DNA of 64,000 bases from positions 58,902,001 through 58,966,000 of the forward strand of contig NC_086108.1 of the NCBI RefSeq assembly GCF_963921235.1, given 5' to 3'. The notes under the pieces are model-generated. The model ran no database searches and had not been told where the DNA came from. It saw nothing but the letters and a program-made list of their open reading frames with translations. This document shows positions 39,981-52,152 of the stretch, one piece after another. This DNA is from Mobula hypostoma (lineage: Eukaryota). Every line of letters begins with the position of its first letter. Position 1 is the first letter of the stretch. The translations under genes and the position numbers were made by a program.

Positions 39981-41607
39981 CATTTTTGTTCCAGATTTCC
40001 AAGACCCACAGAAGTTCTTTGTAAGATGTCAGGTTTGATCCTGGAAGCTCGGAGACACGCTAACAGACTGAAGAGTCATATACCACAAACTAATCAATAA
40101 GGAACTTCTATTTGCTAAAAGTATTGAGAAATGTTGTGGCTGCTTTAAAGGTGCTGTACAAATGGAAGCATTGTTGTTATGTTCATTGTTATTATGGAGC
40201 TGTAGGCATCATCTGACCACTGAACTTGGCAACCTTTCTGACTTGCCTCAATGATCACTCCATCATAGAAGCATGAAGAACTGAAGCAAAGGAGACAAAT
40301 GTCTTTGATCTGAAATATCAACGTTGCGCTAAATGGATTCACATTATTTTATCACTGCTACCCCGGGGAATGATCATATATCACCATCCAAGCTTTCAGT
40401 TAAGAAGCTAGGTAGTGTTTTACTTGTGCTGATAAACAAAATCCTTAACTTCATTTTTCTTTGGTAAATCAGCAATGAGGAATAAACTGCATATTCAAAG
40501 ACTACAAACAGAAATGTAATCAGATTATTTCAGTGCTATTCCTCACTGGCAATTCCAGTTCCACTTGAATCTATAAATGGTATGCACACAGATACTATTC
40601 TGGTTTTCTTTATTCATGAGCCTCCTTTCAAATGTCTAAAGTGTGATTAGATTTATCATCCTACACATGGAAAAGATTCATAATCCTTCAGGCCTGAACT
40701 ATCTACTTTTTGTTTCGATTTTTTCAAATGAAAGTGGGTATTTGAGAGCAATGCATGATAGTTTAACTCTAGTCTTTTAAATTAGATTCCCTGGAGTCAG
40801 GTTTCAGAATGCTCCACCCTCTATTCATCTTGCTATAAACTAGCAAATAACCTCAAGATCAGCCAACAATAATAAAACAAATGCAATCCATAAAATGTCT
40901 CAAATGCATTTTCTTTGGTTTCAGTTTTGACCAGAAATTGGTAAGGGTAAGAACAGTTACAATGCATTGTTGAAGATTTAATTATGATATCACTTTATCA
41001 CATAACCAATGCTATGCATATTTCATCAAATAGAACATTTGTTCTGTTCTCAGGTAGTCCAGTAAGTTGCAGCCTCTCACCCGGAGCTTGCGAAAAACTG
41101 CAAAATACTATTTTCTGCATCATGCCACAATTAAAGATTACAAGAAACTTCAATGCTTAACTAAACAATATTTGCCAAGTAGATCTTCATAAAAACACCT
41201 CTTTCAAAAGAACAAATTCTCACTTGATTATTTGATCAAAAAAAATCACATCATAAATTTTGTAAAAATTTTGTCTGCTAACAAGCATTTTTCTTTTAAT
41301 CAGTAACCTTTTCGTGAGCTTTTATCAAAAGCATACCGTGGAATCTAAATAGTGATGCAGCCCATTGTACAGTTCTGAAGATGGTAAAATGAGATAATGA
41401 GCAAATAATATATTGTCCAAATTGTGAAAATGTCAGTAAATAGATGCTCTAAAAAGGCATTAAAAGTTAAAACTTCTATTAATTTCCAATTTCTGCAGTT
41501 CAGAATCAGAATCAGATTTAGTACTACTGGCATATATCATGAACTTTGTTGCTATGCAGCAGCAGTGTATTGCAATACATAAAATAAAATAACTGTAAAT
41601 TACCGCC

Positions 41608-41628
41608 TATATATATACATACATACAT

Positions 41629-41661
<33 letters not shown>
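41608..41661. repeat. compound (TA)/(TACA)/(CA)/(TA) microsatellite
   Basis: Seen directly. Confidence 0.95.
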
Positions 41662-41719
41662 GTATATTAAGAAGGTTAAATTAAATAAGTAGTGCAAAAT
41701 GAGGGAAAAAAGTTGTTTT

Positions 41720-42012
41720 GGTAAGGCATTCAATTAGCGATCTGAAGGTCGTGAGTTCGAGCCCCAGCCGAGGCAATGTGTTGTGTCCTTGAGCAAGGCA
41801 CTTAATCACACATTGCTCTGTGATGACACTGGTGCCAAGCTGTATGGGTCCTAGTGCCCTTCCCTTGGACAACATCAGTGTCGTGGAGAGGGGAGAGTTG
41901 CAGCATGGGCAACTGCCTGACTTCCATACAACCTTGCCCAGGCCTGCGCCCTGGAGAGTGAAGATTTTCCAGGCGCAGATTTATGGTCACGCAAGACTAA
42001 TGGACTCCCTTA
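41720..42012 (+). mobile_element. tRNA-derived SINE with CORE-like central motif
   Basis: B box AGTTCGAGCC (41754-41763); gtgtccttgagcaaggcacttaa (41783-41805) resembles the CORE/MIR core; 3' stem-loop at 41944-41978. Confidence 0.75.
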
Positions 42013-43221
42013 CATGGGTTCAACGCCCATTCAGAAAACTGATTATTGAGTAGAGGCCTTCAGGCTTCTGTACCTCCTCCCTGATGGCAGCAGTGAGAAC
42101 AGGGCATGTCCTGGGTGACTGGGCTCCTTAATGATTAATGATGGATGCTGCCTTTTTGAAGCATCCATCCTCGAGGATGTCCTGGATGCTGGGGATGGGG
42201 GTGCTAGTGCCCATCTGAACTGACGGTATTCACAACTTTCTGCAGCTTATTTCAATCCTGTGCCGTACCTAATTTGGTGAAATACCAAATTTCCTCAAAC
42301 TCCTAATGAAATATAGCCTCTATTGTGCATCGATATGTTGGATCCAGGGCAGATCTTCAGAGATGCTGAGACCCAGGAACTTGAAATTTTTCACCCTTTC
42401 CTCTTCTGATCCCTCAGTGAGGATTGGTGTTTGTGCCCTCATTTTTCTGAAGTGCACAATCAATTTTTTGGTCTTACTGATATTGAGTGCAAGGTTGTTG
42501 CTGCGACCTCACTCAGCCAGCTCGCTCCTGTACGCCTTCTCATTTCAATCTGAAATTCTGCCAACAATCCCTGTGTCATCAGCAAATTTATAGATGGATT
42601 TTGAGCGCACTTTCTTCAGGTGTGCCGAGGTTGATTACCAGCGAGGCGGAGATGTTATTTCCAATCCACACAGACTGTGGTCTTCCGGTGATATACTTAC
42701 TGAATTGCAAAATCTAATTCAAATGCACCGTCAAGAGTAAAATAGGGAACAAAGATATAAATGAATAAAAGCTGCTTTAGCAGTAGCAATCATTACTTCA
42801 AATATCTCCAATATGTGGAAGGAAACAAAGACTAAGATGAAAGAAAGCCTGACTTTTTGATGATAGGAAACAGAAAGTCTTTTCAAATGACATATCCATA
42901 AATTAGAGCCTTGAATTTCTGTACTCTAAAGGGCACAGGAAGAAATTTGGACTGATGCAAATATTTCCACACTCTGCATCTATATGAAACAAAGTATTTG
43001 CTGAACACTATGTTAGACTTTTACTATTGGCTCACAGTGAACTTACATCCAACCATGCAAATCCTTTTGTGGCTGAACAACTGTAAGCAAGAGAACTTGC
43101 ATTATATTTATATCTTTAGAAAAACTTCACAAATTCACGTTTTCAAAGAACAGCACACTGTTTCATTGCAAATTACTATATATGCATTATTTTCTGATAA
43201 CATTCAGCATTGCTCATAATT

Positions 43222-43785
43222 TAGACCATAAGATATAGCAGCAGAAGTAGGCCATTCGACCCATGAAGTCTGCTTCGCCATTCAGTCATGGGCTGATCCA
43301 ATTCTTCCAGTCATCCCCACTCCCCTGCCTTCTCCCCATACCGTTTGATGCCCTGGCTAATCAAGAACCTATCTATCTTTGCCTTAAATGCACTCAATGA
43401 CCTGGCCTTCACAGCCGCTTGTGACAACAAATTCCACAGATTTACCACCCTTTGACTAAAGTAATTTTTTGGCTTCTCTGTTTTAAATGGACGTCCTTCA
43501 ATCTTGAAGTTGTGCCCTCTTGTCCTAGGTTCCCCTACCATGGGAAATAACTTTGCTATATGTAATCTGTTCAGCCCTTTTAACATTTAGAATGTTTCTA
43601 TGAGATCCCCCCTCATTCTCCTGAACTCCAGGGAATATAGCTAAGAGCTGCCAGACGCTCCTCATACAGTAACCCTTTCACTCCTGGAATCATTCTCGTG
43701 AATCTTCTCTGAACCCTCTCCAATGTCTGTATATTCTTTTTAAAATAAGGAGCCCAAAACTGCACACAGTATTCCAAATGTGGTA
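43222..43785 (-). mobile_element. CR1 LINE 3' portion
   Basis: PHLEYCVQFWAPY..LERVQRRFTRMIPG..RTRGHNFKI..FSQRVVNLWN. Confidence 0.95.
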
Positions 43786-43794
43786 TATAGATCC

Positions 43795-43985
43795 GAAATC
43801 TCCCCCCCCCCACTTTCAAATCTCTTACTATCTCTTCTTTCAGTTAGTCCTGACGAAGGGTCTCGGCCCAAAACGTCGACTGTACCTCTTCCTATAGATG
43901 CTGTCTGGCCTGCTGCGTTCACCAGCAATTTTTATTTGTGTTGCTTGAAATTTCAGCATCTGCAGATTTCCTCGTGTTTGCGTTT
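43795..43985 (+). mobile_element. Penelope-like terminal repeat
   Basis: agtcctgacgaagggtctcggcccaaaacgtcgactg..atagatgctg..cagcatctgcagatttcctcgtgttt. Confidence 0.88.
43845..43882 (+). ncRNA. minimal type-I hammerhead ribozyme motif (G12>A, probably inactive)
   Basis: TAGTC-CTGACGA-A-GGG-TCTCGG-CCC-AAAA-C-GTC-GACTG: helix I TAGTC/GACTG, core CUGAnGA, helix II GGG/CCC, GAAA mutated to AAAA, palindromic ACGT helix III, GUC triplet. Confidence 0.7.
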
Positions 43986-44294
43986 TTAAACCCAACATAT
44001 ATCTCTTGTGTTTATAAACAACCACCATCGCCATCAGCAAAATTAAACAGACTTAAAGGCACACAGGACAGGTGAGGAAAGGGCCCCAAAGTAAGTCACA
44101 AGAAAGGAAGTTCAATGATTGTGGTAAAGGAAATTACTGACTGCAAGGGCTCACCTTAGCTTGGGAAATGTGGTCAAATGATATCGTGGGCCAAGTCTGT
44201 ATTGATCTTAGTCATTAAGAAATGGGTTATGTGATCCATTATCTCAGGTATTTACTTCTGCTGTCTGAGAGTAACTTGTTGGGGAATCTTGCAG

Positions 44295-44840
44295 TTCAAT
44301 TTAAGTTCAAGTTTAATTGTTTTTCAACCATACATGAGTACCCATTAATACAACCAAATGGAACAGCATTACTCTGGGGGCCAAGGTGCAAAACAAAATA
44401 CCAACATTCACACATAGCATAAGGCACATATAACACATACAGAACAGCATTAAAATACAGTTACACAAAAAATATATCCCTAAATCCATGAATGTTGCAG
44501 CAGTCTGCACTTGAACACAATACAGCATGTCTTCTGCCGAGCGAACAACGGTGGAGTACACCGACTCCAACACTTTCTCCCAGGCTGCCGCAAACTAGCA
44601 AAACAGTGGGTGGAAACCTAGTCCTAGCCACAACCGAGGCCATGCAGCTCCCCCACTGTCCACCCCCGCCATTCGCCAACAGATCAGGGAATCAGATTAG
44701 CAGCATTCCACATTAACAATGTCCAACAGGGTCTTGCGATCACGAGAAAAGCAACTAAGATAATCACTCGCTGTTAGACTGCACACTGCCTTCGCGCACT
44801 GAAGCCTCTCTAACACAGGCAGTAACATGACCTGCAACAT
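44295..44840 (-). mobile_element. unclassified retroelement with LINE-like (TTGAAC) tail
   Basis: Minus-strand 3' end ..gtatggttgaaaaacaattaaacttgaacttaaattgaac; GC-richer body with no recognisable coding similarity. Confidence 0.5.
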
Positions 44841-46761
44841 CTATGGATTACAGCTGTTTCTAATTCTACACTGGAAAGCCTCAGGAATCTAACAAACTTA
44901 TTATGTCAGTGACCTTAAGCATTGCTGACAATGCTAACACTGCTGTGAGTTTGGCTGAGGCCATCCTACACATCAGAAAAAGCTGACTGAGATCCTGTAT
45001 TGTCAACTTCCTGGGACCAGTGCTGGTCAAGCTAGTGCCCTTCAGGTATGACTGCTAGCATCTTGGCAAATAATCCTGCCTCTCATGTCTTTTTTTGGCT
45101 CGTATCAAAGCAGAAAACATTGTGATAGGCATAAGTTCTGTATTGGGATTGGAGAAACTTATCATAGAACACAGAGTTAGGGAGTAATCTCCACGTATGT
45201 GAATATAGCAGATATTAATTCAAACAAGAACTAGGGTTCCATGCTTATTGTAAATGTAAATAAATTTAGGATCCTGGATTTACCTTCAGTTTTTTTTGTA
45301 TATTGCAAGCAGTAAATTGAAGTTAAAAGCACAGGCTGCTTCACGGTGATTGCAAATACAAGAGCCAAATATTAAGGCAATGGAGTTGTGTGAATTGACT
45401 AGCATCAAACAAGTTATTTGCACCATTGTGATTTGCTTGCAAGCTGGCAGACTGGACGGATGTTGTGTCTTGACATATCAAACATGGTCACAGATATAGG
45501 CAATCAATAGTATTTGTGTATTTACCATAGTTGCATATTAAAAGACAGCCCTGACCACATTAATTATAGGTGTCTGGCTCTCTGTTGTCAAAAGGTTTTA
45601 GAATATTTGTGTTGATTATTTTCTCCCAAAAGTGTTTGGGCCTTCAGAGCTATCTTATCAATTACAATGTGCTTGCACTATGTACCTCAAAGGAACCATT
45701 TGTCAATCCAAAGTATTGAAGTAAACAATGTCATTGTAACAATTGAAATTGTATTGAATCACCTACTGTTACCTTTGATCTTAAAGATATAAAAATGTGA
45801 TGTACCTTTGGGTTTGTGAGCCTCTACTGAATGTCTCCATGAGAAGGCCTGCTTGTTGTGATGAATAAATCACCAGCTTCAGTGTCTCTCCGGTGACTTC
45901 GATCACAGTCACAATACACAGGGCTTGACAGTTTCCAGGTGAATGCATGGTGCATCTCGAATTGGCAAAAGGTAAGGTGTGGGGAGATATTTCATAGAAT
46001 CCTTATTTTAAAGAATCCATATTGTGAAACTCTTGATTTTTTTAAGCTGCCAACCTCTGTTTTTACTTTCAAGGTTTAACCCAATTATTTTGAAGTCATA
46101 TCTAAGCAAAAACTTTGTGTTCATTTACATTATGTTGTGTCTGAGAGACCGGTTGAGTTGTAGTTATGTCACAGGGCTAATCATCCAGATATTCCCAGCT
46201 CTAGTTATGAAATTATGAAATATCTTAGTTAAGCTTTTTGATGACCTCTTTGCAGCCTAGATAAAACTGCTTTTTCCATTTGTGTACAGTTTCAGAGAGT
46301 GCATCCACTTTTCCGTTTCCTCAAGGAGTTATTTCTGTTTCCCAGTTCCACCTTCCACTATCAGCGAGCTTAAACAAGCTGACTAGCCAATGATTCTTAA
46401 GGGGACTGATTGCATTGAGCTGCTTAAAGTGATGGTTAGTATGGTCTGGGATTACATGGTCCATCACAAATTCACAATGAGCAAAGTGGCAGATGTTGAT
46501 GTACTTATCACTCAGCTCTGTCACTGGATATGGAGGCCAACAATGAAGCCCAATGTGTTTGGATTCCTCAGTGGCAGGCTGAGAAAGCTGCTCCAATGGC
46601 ATCGTTTGGGAAACTCTATTTTCTTTGGATGGGATCCGAACCTGGAGATGAGCAAGAACTTATTTAATGCTTTTAATTGTTTATTATGTTTTAATAATAT
46701 AATTCATATTTAAAGGAAGTTAATTACTTAAGGTTATTTTTAGCAACTATAATGGTTTTAA

Positions 46762-47140
46762 AACATAGAAAGTGTCATGCAGCATGAAAACAGGCCCTTC
46801 GGGATATCATATGGGGTAACCAGCAAGCACTTATTTACGCTATCTTACGGTATTTCTGTTTCACTCCTGCCAGCTTCTCCTTGATTTTCCTATACATGAG
46901 GATAATTTACAATGGTAGGTTAACTGAGGGGATATTAGGGCACCCTGGCAAAACCTACACAGTTAGTGTGAATATGCAAACGCCGCACAGATACAGAGAC
47001 ATAAGGCACAGATAAAGGCCCTTGGCTCGCTCAGTCCTTGTCAACCAATCACGACTCATTTACACTGAAGTTAGAATTATACCTGGTCACTGAAGCTGTG
47101 AGGAGACAGCTCTACTAGCTGCACCACTTGGCTGCCCATC
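46762..47140 (-). mobile_element. decayed V-SINE with an extra CR1-like tail piece
   Basis: gataatttacaatgg..atatgcaaacgccgcacaga..ggtcactgaagctgtgagg..agctgcaccac. Confidence 0.6.
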
Positions 47141-47279
47141 TTTCAATATATGAAATTTTTAAGATGTGTTTTGTAAACCCATAAGTTTTGATAGGTCAGG
47201 GACTCTACTCCCAGTCTTACCTCTTCTCAAAGGCTATCAGGCATCCTGGGGAGAGGAACTTTCACTGAGAACTGTATTC

Positions 47280-47802
47280 ACCTCAGTGGTCACGTTATTA
47301 GGTACCTCCTGTACCGAATAGAGTGTCCACTGAGTCTATGTTCGTCTTCTGCTGTTATAGCCCATCCACTTCACATTTCAACATGTTGCGTTTTCAGAGA
47401 TTCGGCACGCCACTGTGGCTCTTCGAGTTACTGTTCCTTTCCTTTCCTGTCTCCTCTAACCTCTCCCATTAACAAGGCATTTTTCACCCACAAAACTGTT
47501 GCTCACTGGATTTTTTTTTTGATTCTCTCAGCATTCCCTGTAAACTCTTGAGACTGTTGTGCATGAAAATCCCAGGAGACCAGCATTTTCTGAGATACTC
47601 AGATCACCCCATCTGGCACCAACAGTCAAAGTCACTTAGATCACAATTTCTTCCCCATTGGGATATTTGGTCTGAACAACAACTGAACATCTTGTGCATG
47701 TATGCATGCTTTAATGCATTGAGTTGCTGCCACATGACTGGCTAGCTAGATATTTGCATTATCAAGCAGGCATACAGGTGTACCTAATAAAATGTTTCAC
47801 TG
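47280..47802 (-). mobile_element. Tc1/mariner non-autonomous deletion derivative
   Basis: TIRs cagtggtcacgttattaggtac / gtacctaataaaatgtttcactg; minus-strand remnant MGKK.DLSDFD..VGAR..LSISENAGLLGFSCTTVSRVYRE (Tc1 HTH domain). Confidence 0.88.
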
Positions 47803-48039
47803 CCTGACTCTGGAATTGTGAGGCCCAGGAGAATTGGACCCATGTAGCCAATCAAAGTTAATATGGGCCAGAGGATGCATGGTGGGCCAATAGGAATAAT
47901 TAAGACCAATTTGTCTCAGATTGGAGGGCTTGCTGGTATTTTATTTTTTGAGTTTGGGGGTATTGTATATAATTTGTGGGCGTCAGGGAACCACTATCAA
48001 TATGCAGGAGACTCCCGGAACCTCCGGTAGAAGTGGGAT

Positions 48040-48144
48040 GTCTGGGATTGTTATGACTGACATGTGATACGGAATTTATTGTTTTTGTGGCAGCAGTATA
48101 GTGCAAGGCATAAAATCAATATAAATTACAAATTAAATAAATAA
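48040..48144 (-). mobile_element. Rex/Babar-type 3' UTR fragment
   Basis: ttgtggcagcagtatagtgcaa.. is similar to 41520-41600. Confidence 0.6.
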
Positions 48145-49695
48145 CAGGATATTCCCTAGGACCTTGAGGGAAATTAGTGTAGAAATAGCAGGGGCTCCGA
48201 CAGAAATATTTCAAATGTCATTAGAATCGGGGATGGTGCCGGAGGATTGGCGTATTGCTCATGTTGTTCCATTGTTTAGAAAGGGTTCTAAGAATAAACC
48301 TAGCAATTATCGGCCTGTGAGTTTGACGTCAGTGGTGGGTAAATTGATGGAAAGTATTCTTAGAGATGATATATATAATCATCTGGATAGACAGGTCTGA
48401 TTAGGAACAGTCAACATGGATTTGTGTGTGTAAGGTCATGTTTGACAAATCTTATTGAATTTTTTGAAGAGGTTACTAGGAAAGTTGACGAGGGTAAAGT
48501 GGTGTATTTTGTCTATATGGACTTCAATAAGGCCTTTGACAAGGTTCCACATGGAAGATTAGTTAGGAAGGTTCAATTGTTAGTTATTAATATTGAAGTA
48601 GTAAAATGGATTCAGCAGTGGCTGGATGGGAGACGCCAGAGAGTGGTGGTGGATAACTGTTTGTCAGATTGGAGGCCGGCGACAAGTGGTGTGCCTCAGG
48701 GATCTTTACTGGGTCCAATATTGTTTGTTATATACATTAATGATCTGGATGATGGGGTGGTAAATTGGATTAGTAAGTATGCAGATGATACTAAGATAGG
48801 TGGCGTTGTGGACGGTGAAGTAGGTTTTCAAAGCTTGCAGAGAGATTTAGGCCAGTTAGAAGAGTGGGCTGAAAGATGGCAGATGGAGTCTAATGCTGAT
48901 AAATGTGAGGTGATACATTTTGGTAGGACTAATCAAAATAGGACATACATGGTAAATGGTAGGGCAATGAAAAATGCAGTAGAACAGAGGGATGTAGGAG
49001 TAATGGTGCATAGTTCCCTGAAGGTGGAATCTCATGTGGATAGGGTGGTGAAGAAAGCTTTTGGTATGCTGGCCTTTATTAATCAGAGCATTGAGTATAG
49101 GAGTTGGGATGTAATGTTGAAATTGTACAAGGCGTTGGTAAGGTCAAATTTGGAGTATTGTGTACAGTTCTGGTCACCGAATTATAGGAAAGATGTCAAT
49201 AAAATAGAGAGAGTACAGAGAAGATTTACTAGAATGTTACCTGGATTTCAGCACCTAAGTTACAGAGAAAGGTTGAGCAAGTTGGATCTTTATTCTTTGG
49301 AGTGTAGAAGGTTGAGGGGGGACTTGATAGAGGTATTTAAAATTGTGAGGGGGATAGATAGAGTTGACATGGATAGGCTTTTTCCATTGAGAGTAGGGGA
49401 GATTCAAACAAGAGGACATGAGTTGAAAGTTAGGGGGCAAAAGTTTAGGGGTGACATGAGGGAGAACTTCTTTACTTAGAAAGCAGTAGCTGTGTGGAAC
49501 GAGCTTCCAGCAGAAGTGGTTGAGGCAGGTTCGATATTGTCATTTAAAGTTAAATTGGATAGCTATATGGACAGGAAAGGAATGAAGGGTTATGGGCTGA
49601 GTGCAGATCGGTGGGACTAGGTGAGAGTAAGCGTTCGACATGGACTAGAAGGGCCGAGATGGCCTGTTTCAGTGCTGTAATTGTTATATGGTTAT
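48145..49695 (+). mobile_element. CR1 LINE, young 5'-truncated copy with near-intact RT domain
   Basis: PEDWRIAHVVPLF..NYRPVSLTS, then a 351-aa ORF with DFNKAFDKVPH, GVPQGS and YADD; one frameshift near 48395 and a premature TAG at 49477. Confidence 0.97.
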
Positions 49696-50199
49696 AAATC
49701 AGCTACCACAGGTCCAAGCTACTCAAAATCAATGAGAGGCTCTGATCACTTCCATCACTTCTTTCAAACTGCATTGGCCAGGTGATCCTTGCACAAAATG
49801 ACAAGGTTACCCTTGGTTCATTCAATGTCTTTCATGGGTGATGTAACACTGGGCATGAGCACGTCATTGATCTGAAACGTTAGTTGTTTTCTGATCAAAG
49901 ATACTGACTCATGACTGTGAGTTTCCAAAAATGTGTTGTTTTTGAAACACACAGTTCAGTTTACCTCATTAGTAATGATGCTTACTTAAAATGGAAGTAA
50001 CATTGGCAGAACTTCCACCCACATATTGAACGACTTGATGAGCCTGGCAACTATCCTCATCTGCATAAGAATGTAGGCTAAAGAACGGCTGATTGTATTG
50101 ACATCATCAGACAGAATATTTATCCTACAGACTCATTATCTAAGGCAGTCTTGAATACTGCTGAAAAATGAAATACATTTGCAGGGTTACATTTTATCA

Positions 50200-52152
50200 A
50201 CAAACAGTCTAGTGAGGAACTCAGTGGATTGGGCAGCATCCACAGATAGAAAGATATTGTCCATATTTTGGGACCTGTATCCAAAGAGAAAGTAGCCAGA
50301 ATAAAGAGGAGCAGGCGAAGGGATGCGAGGGAGGCCAGTAGGTGATTGTTGGACTGAGAAGGGCCAAGTAGGTGGAGCCAGGTGAAGGTGGAGATAGCAA
50401 GGAGGGTGATAAGCAGGAACACAGAGGCTACTGATATTGGAATCTGATAGGTAAGAAGGTATTAATCGGAAATATTAGGGGAGATATGAAGGGCAGTTGG
50501 AACTAGATGGGGAAGGAGATTTGGTGTATGAAACGTGTGGTGGTAGGTAGATGGAAACAGGAGCAGCAAGCAGATAGTTCTCTGAATCAGTAGAAAGTGC
50601 TAGGGGTCAGGCAGGGCTGCGTGGTAAGGGAGTTCCAGTGCAAGGCAGCAAAGTATGGGTAATAGAAATGATGGAGGGTGTTTCAGAGGCTAGTACGGTG
50701 AAAGGTGACGGCTTGGGACACCAATCCCCACAGCTGTCTACGCCATCTCCTCCTACCCCGTCTCTTGTAATGATGCCATCCCATTCTCTCAGTTTCTCTG
50801 CTTGTGCTGCATCTGCTCTCAAGATGGTCTTTTCACTCCAGGACATCTGAAATGTCCTCCTTTTTCAGGAAATATTACTTCTGCTCTACAGTAACTGATG
50901 GAGCCCTCACATACATCTCCTTATTTCCCACACCTCTGATGTCACCCCACCTTTCTCCAGACAGAACAGAGATGGAGTTCCCGTGGTCCTTACCTTTTGT
51001 CCTACCAGACTCCACATCCAGCACATCATTCTCCATCATTCCTATGGGGTTCAGCATGATCACACTTACCAATCCTTTCTGCTTTCCACAGAGACTACTT
51101 GCTGGTTCAGTCTTCCCTTCCCAACCATCCTGCCTTATTTCCTGGTGCTTTTCCATGTAAATATATGGGAGTGGAGATGAAAGGACAGGTGTAGCACCTA
51201 TCCTTTCATCTCCACTCCCATCATCATCCGTAGACCTAAACAACACTTCCAGGCGAGTCACAGTTTCATATACACCTCCTCCAATCTCCTTTACTGCATT
51301 TGATAAGCCCATTGTGGTTTCCTCTTCATCAGTGAGGCAAAGCGCAGACTTGATGATGACTTTGTTGAGCATCTGCACTCTGGACATAGTGGCCATCTTG
51401 AGTTCCCAGCTGCAAGCCAATTTAACTCCTTTCCCCTTCTATCACTGCCCTGTGAGTCCTCAGCCTTCCCCACTGCTAGATGAAGTCAAACACAAACTAG
51501 AGAATAGCACCTCATGTTCTGATTGGATAGTCTAAAACCCAATGACAAAAATATTTGTTCTACAATTTCATGTAACCTGTACCCCACTTGTTCATTTCTC
51601 TTTCTTTCTGATCTACCAAGGTCCTCTCACTTACACCATTCTTTTCAAAATGCTCTTCAGCCCTTTATAACCCTGCTTCATTCTCCTCCTTCATGTGGTT
51701 CTATCTGCCCATAGCCCACCAGTTAACCACTGGTCCCTTAATCTCCGTCCCCACACACCGAACAGCTCCCATCTGCCCACCATCCCTCCCTTATCTGGTT
51801 CCACTCATTGCCTTCCTTCCTTATCAGATTCCATAATCTGCAACCCTTTGTTGTCTCCACTAATCACCACACAGAAACTGTTGCTATCTCCACCCTTCCC
51901 TTGTCCATCTGGGTCTATCTGCCATCAGTCCCTCTACTACTGGACCTTCCTACCACTTGCCATGTTCCTGCCTCACTCCCTCTCCTTATCTCTTTATATT
52001 TACTATTTCCTCTTTACTCCCAGTCCTGATGCAGTGTCTCAATCCAAAACGTTTAACAGCTTTCTTCCTCCACAGAGCCTGCTTGACCCACTGAATTCCT
52101 TCAGCAGTTTGCTTTTAGCTCTGGATTTCAGCAGCTGCAGTCTCTTGTGTCT
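50200..52152 (+). mobile_element. old Penelope-like element with an inverted terminal-repeat copy at its 5' side
   Basis: Plus-strand body FHSRTSEMSSFFRK..KQHFQ.. from about 50720 to the terminus at 52021-52152; minus-oriented terminal region at 50200-50700. Confidence 0.75.

Larger units (their letters stand above)
41500..42690 (-). mobile_element. Rex1/Babar-type LINE fragment interrupted by a SINE and a microsatellite
   Basis: (TCAGAA)n tail at 41500; RT remnants (tcatcagcaaattt = KFADD on minus). Confidence 0.85.

Noticed and set aside
48424..49479. Domesticated RT or host gene
   Set aside because: Bounded by a frameshift and a premature stop inside a 5'-truncated CR1.
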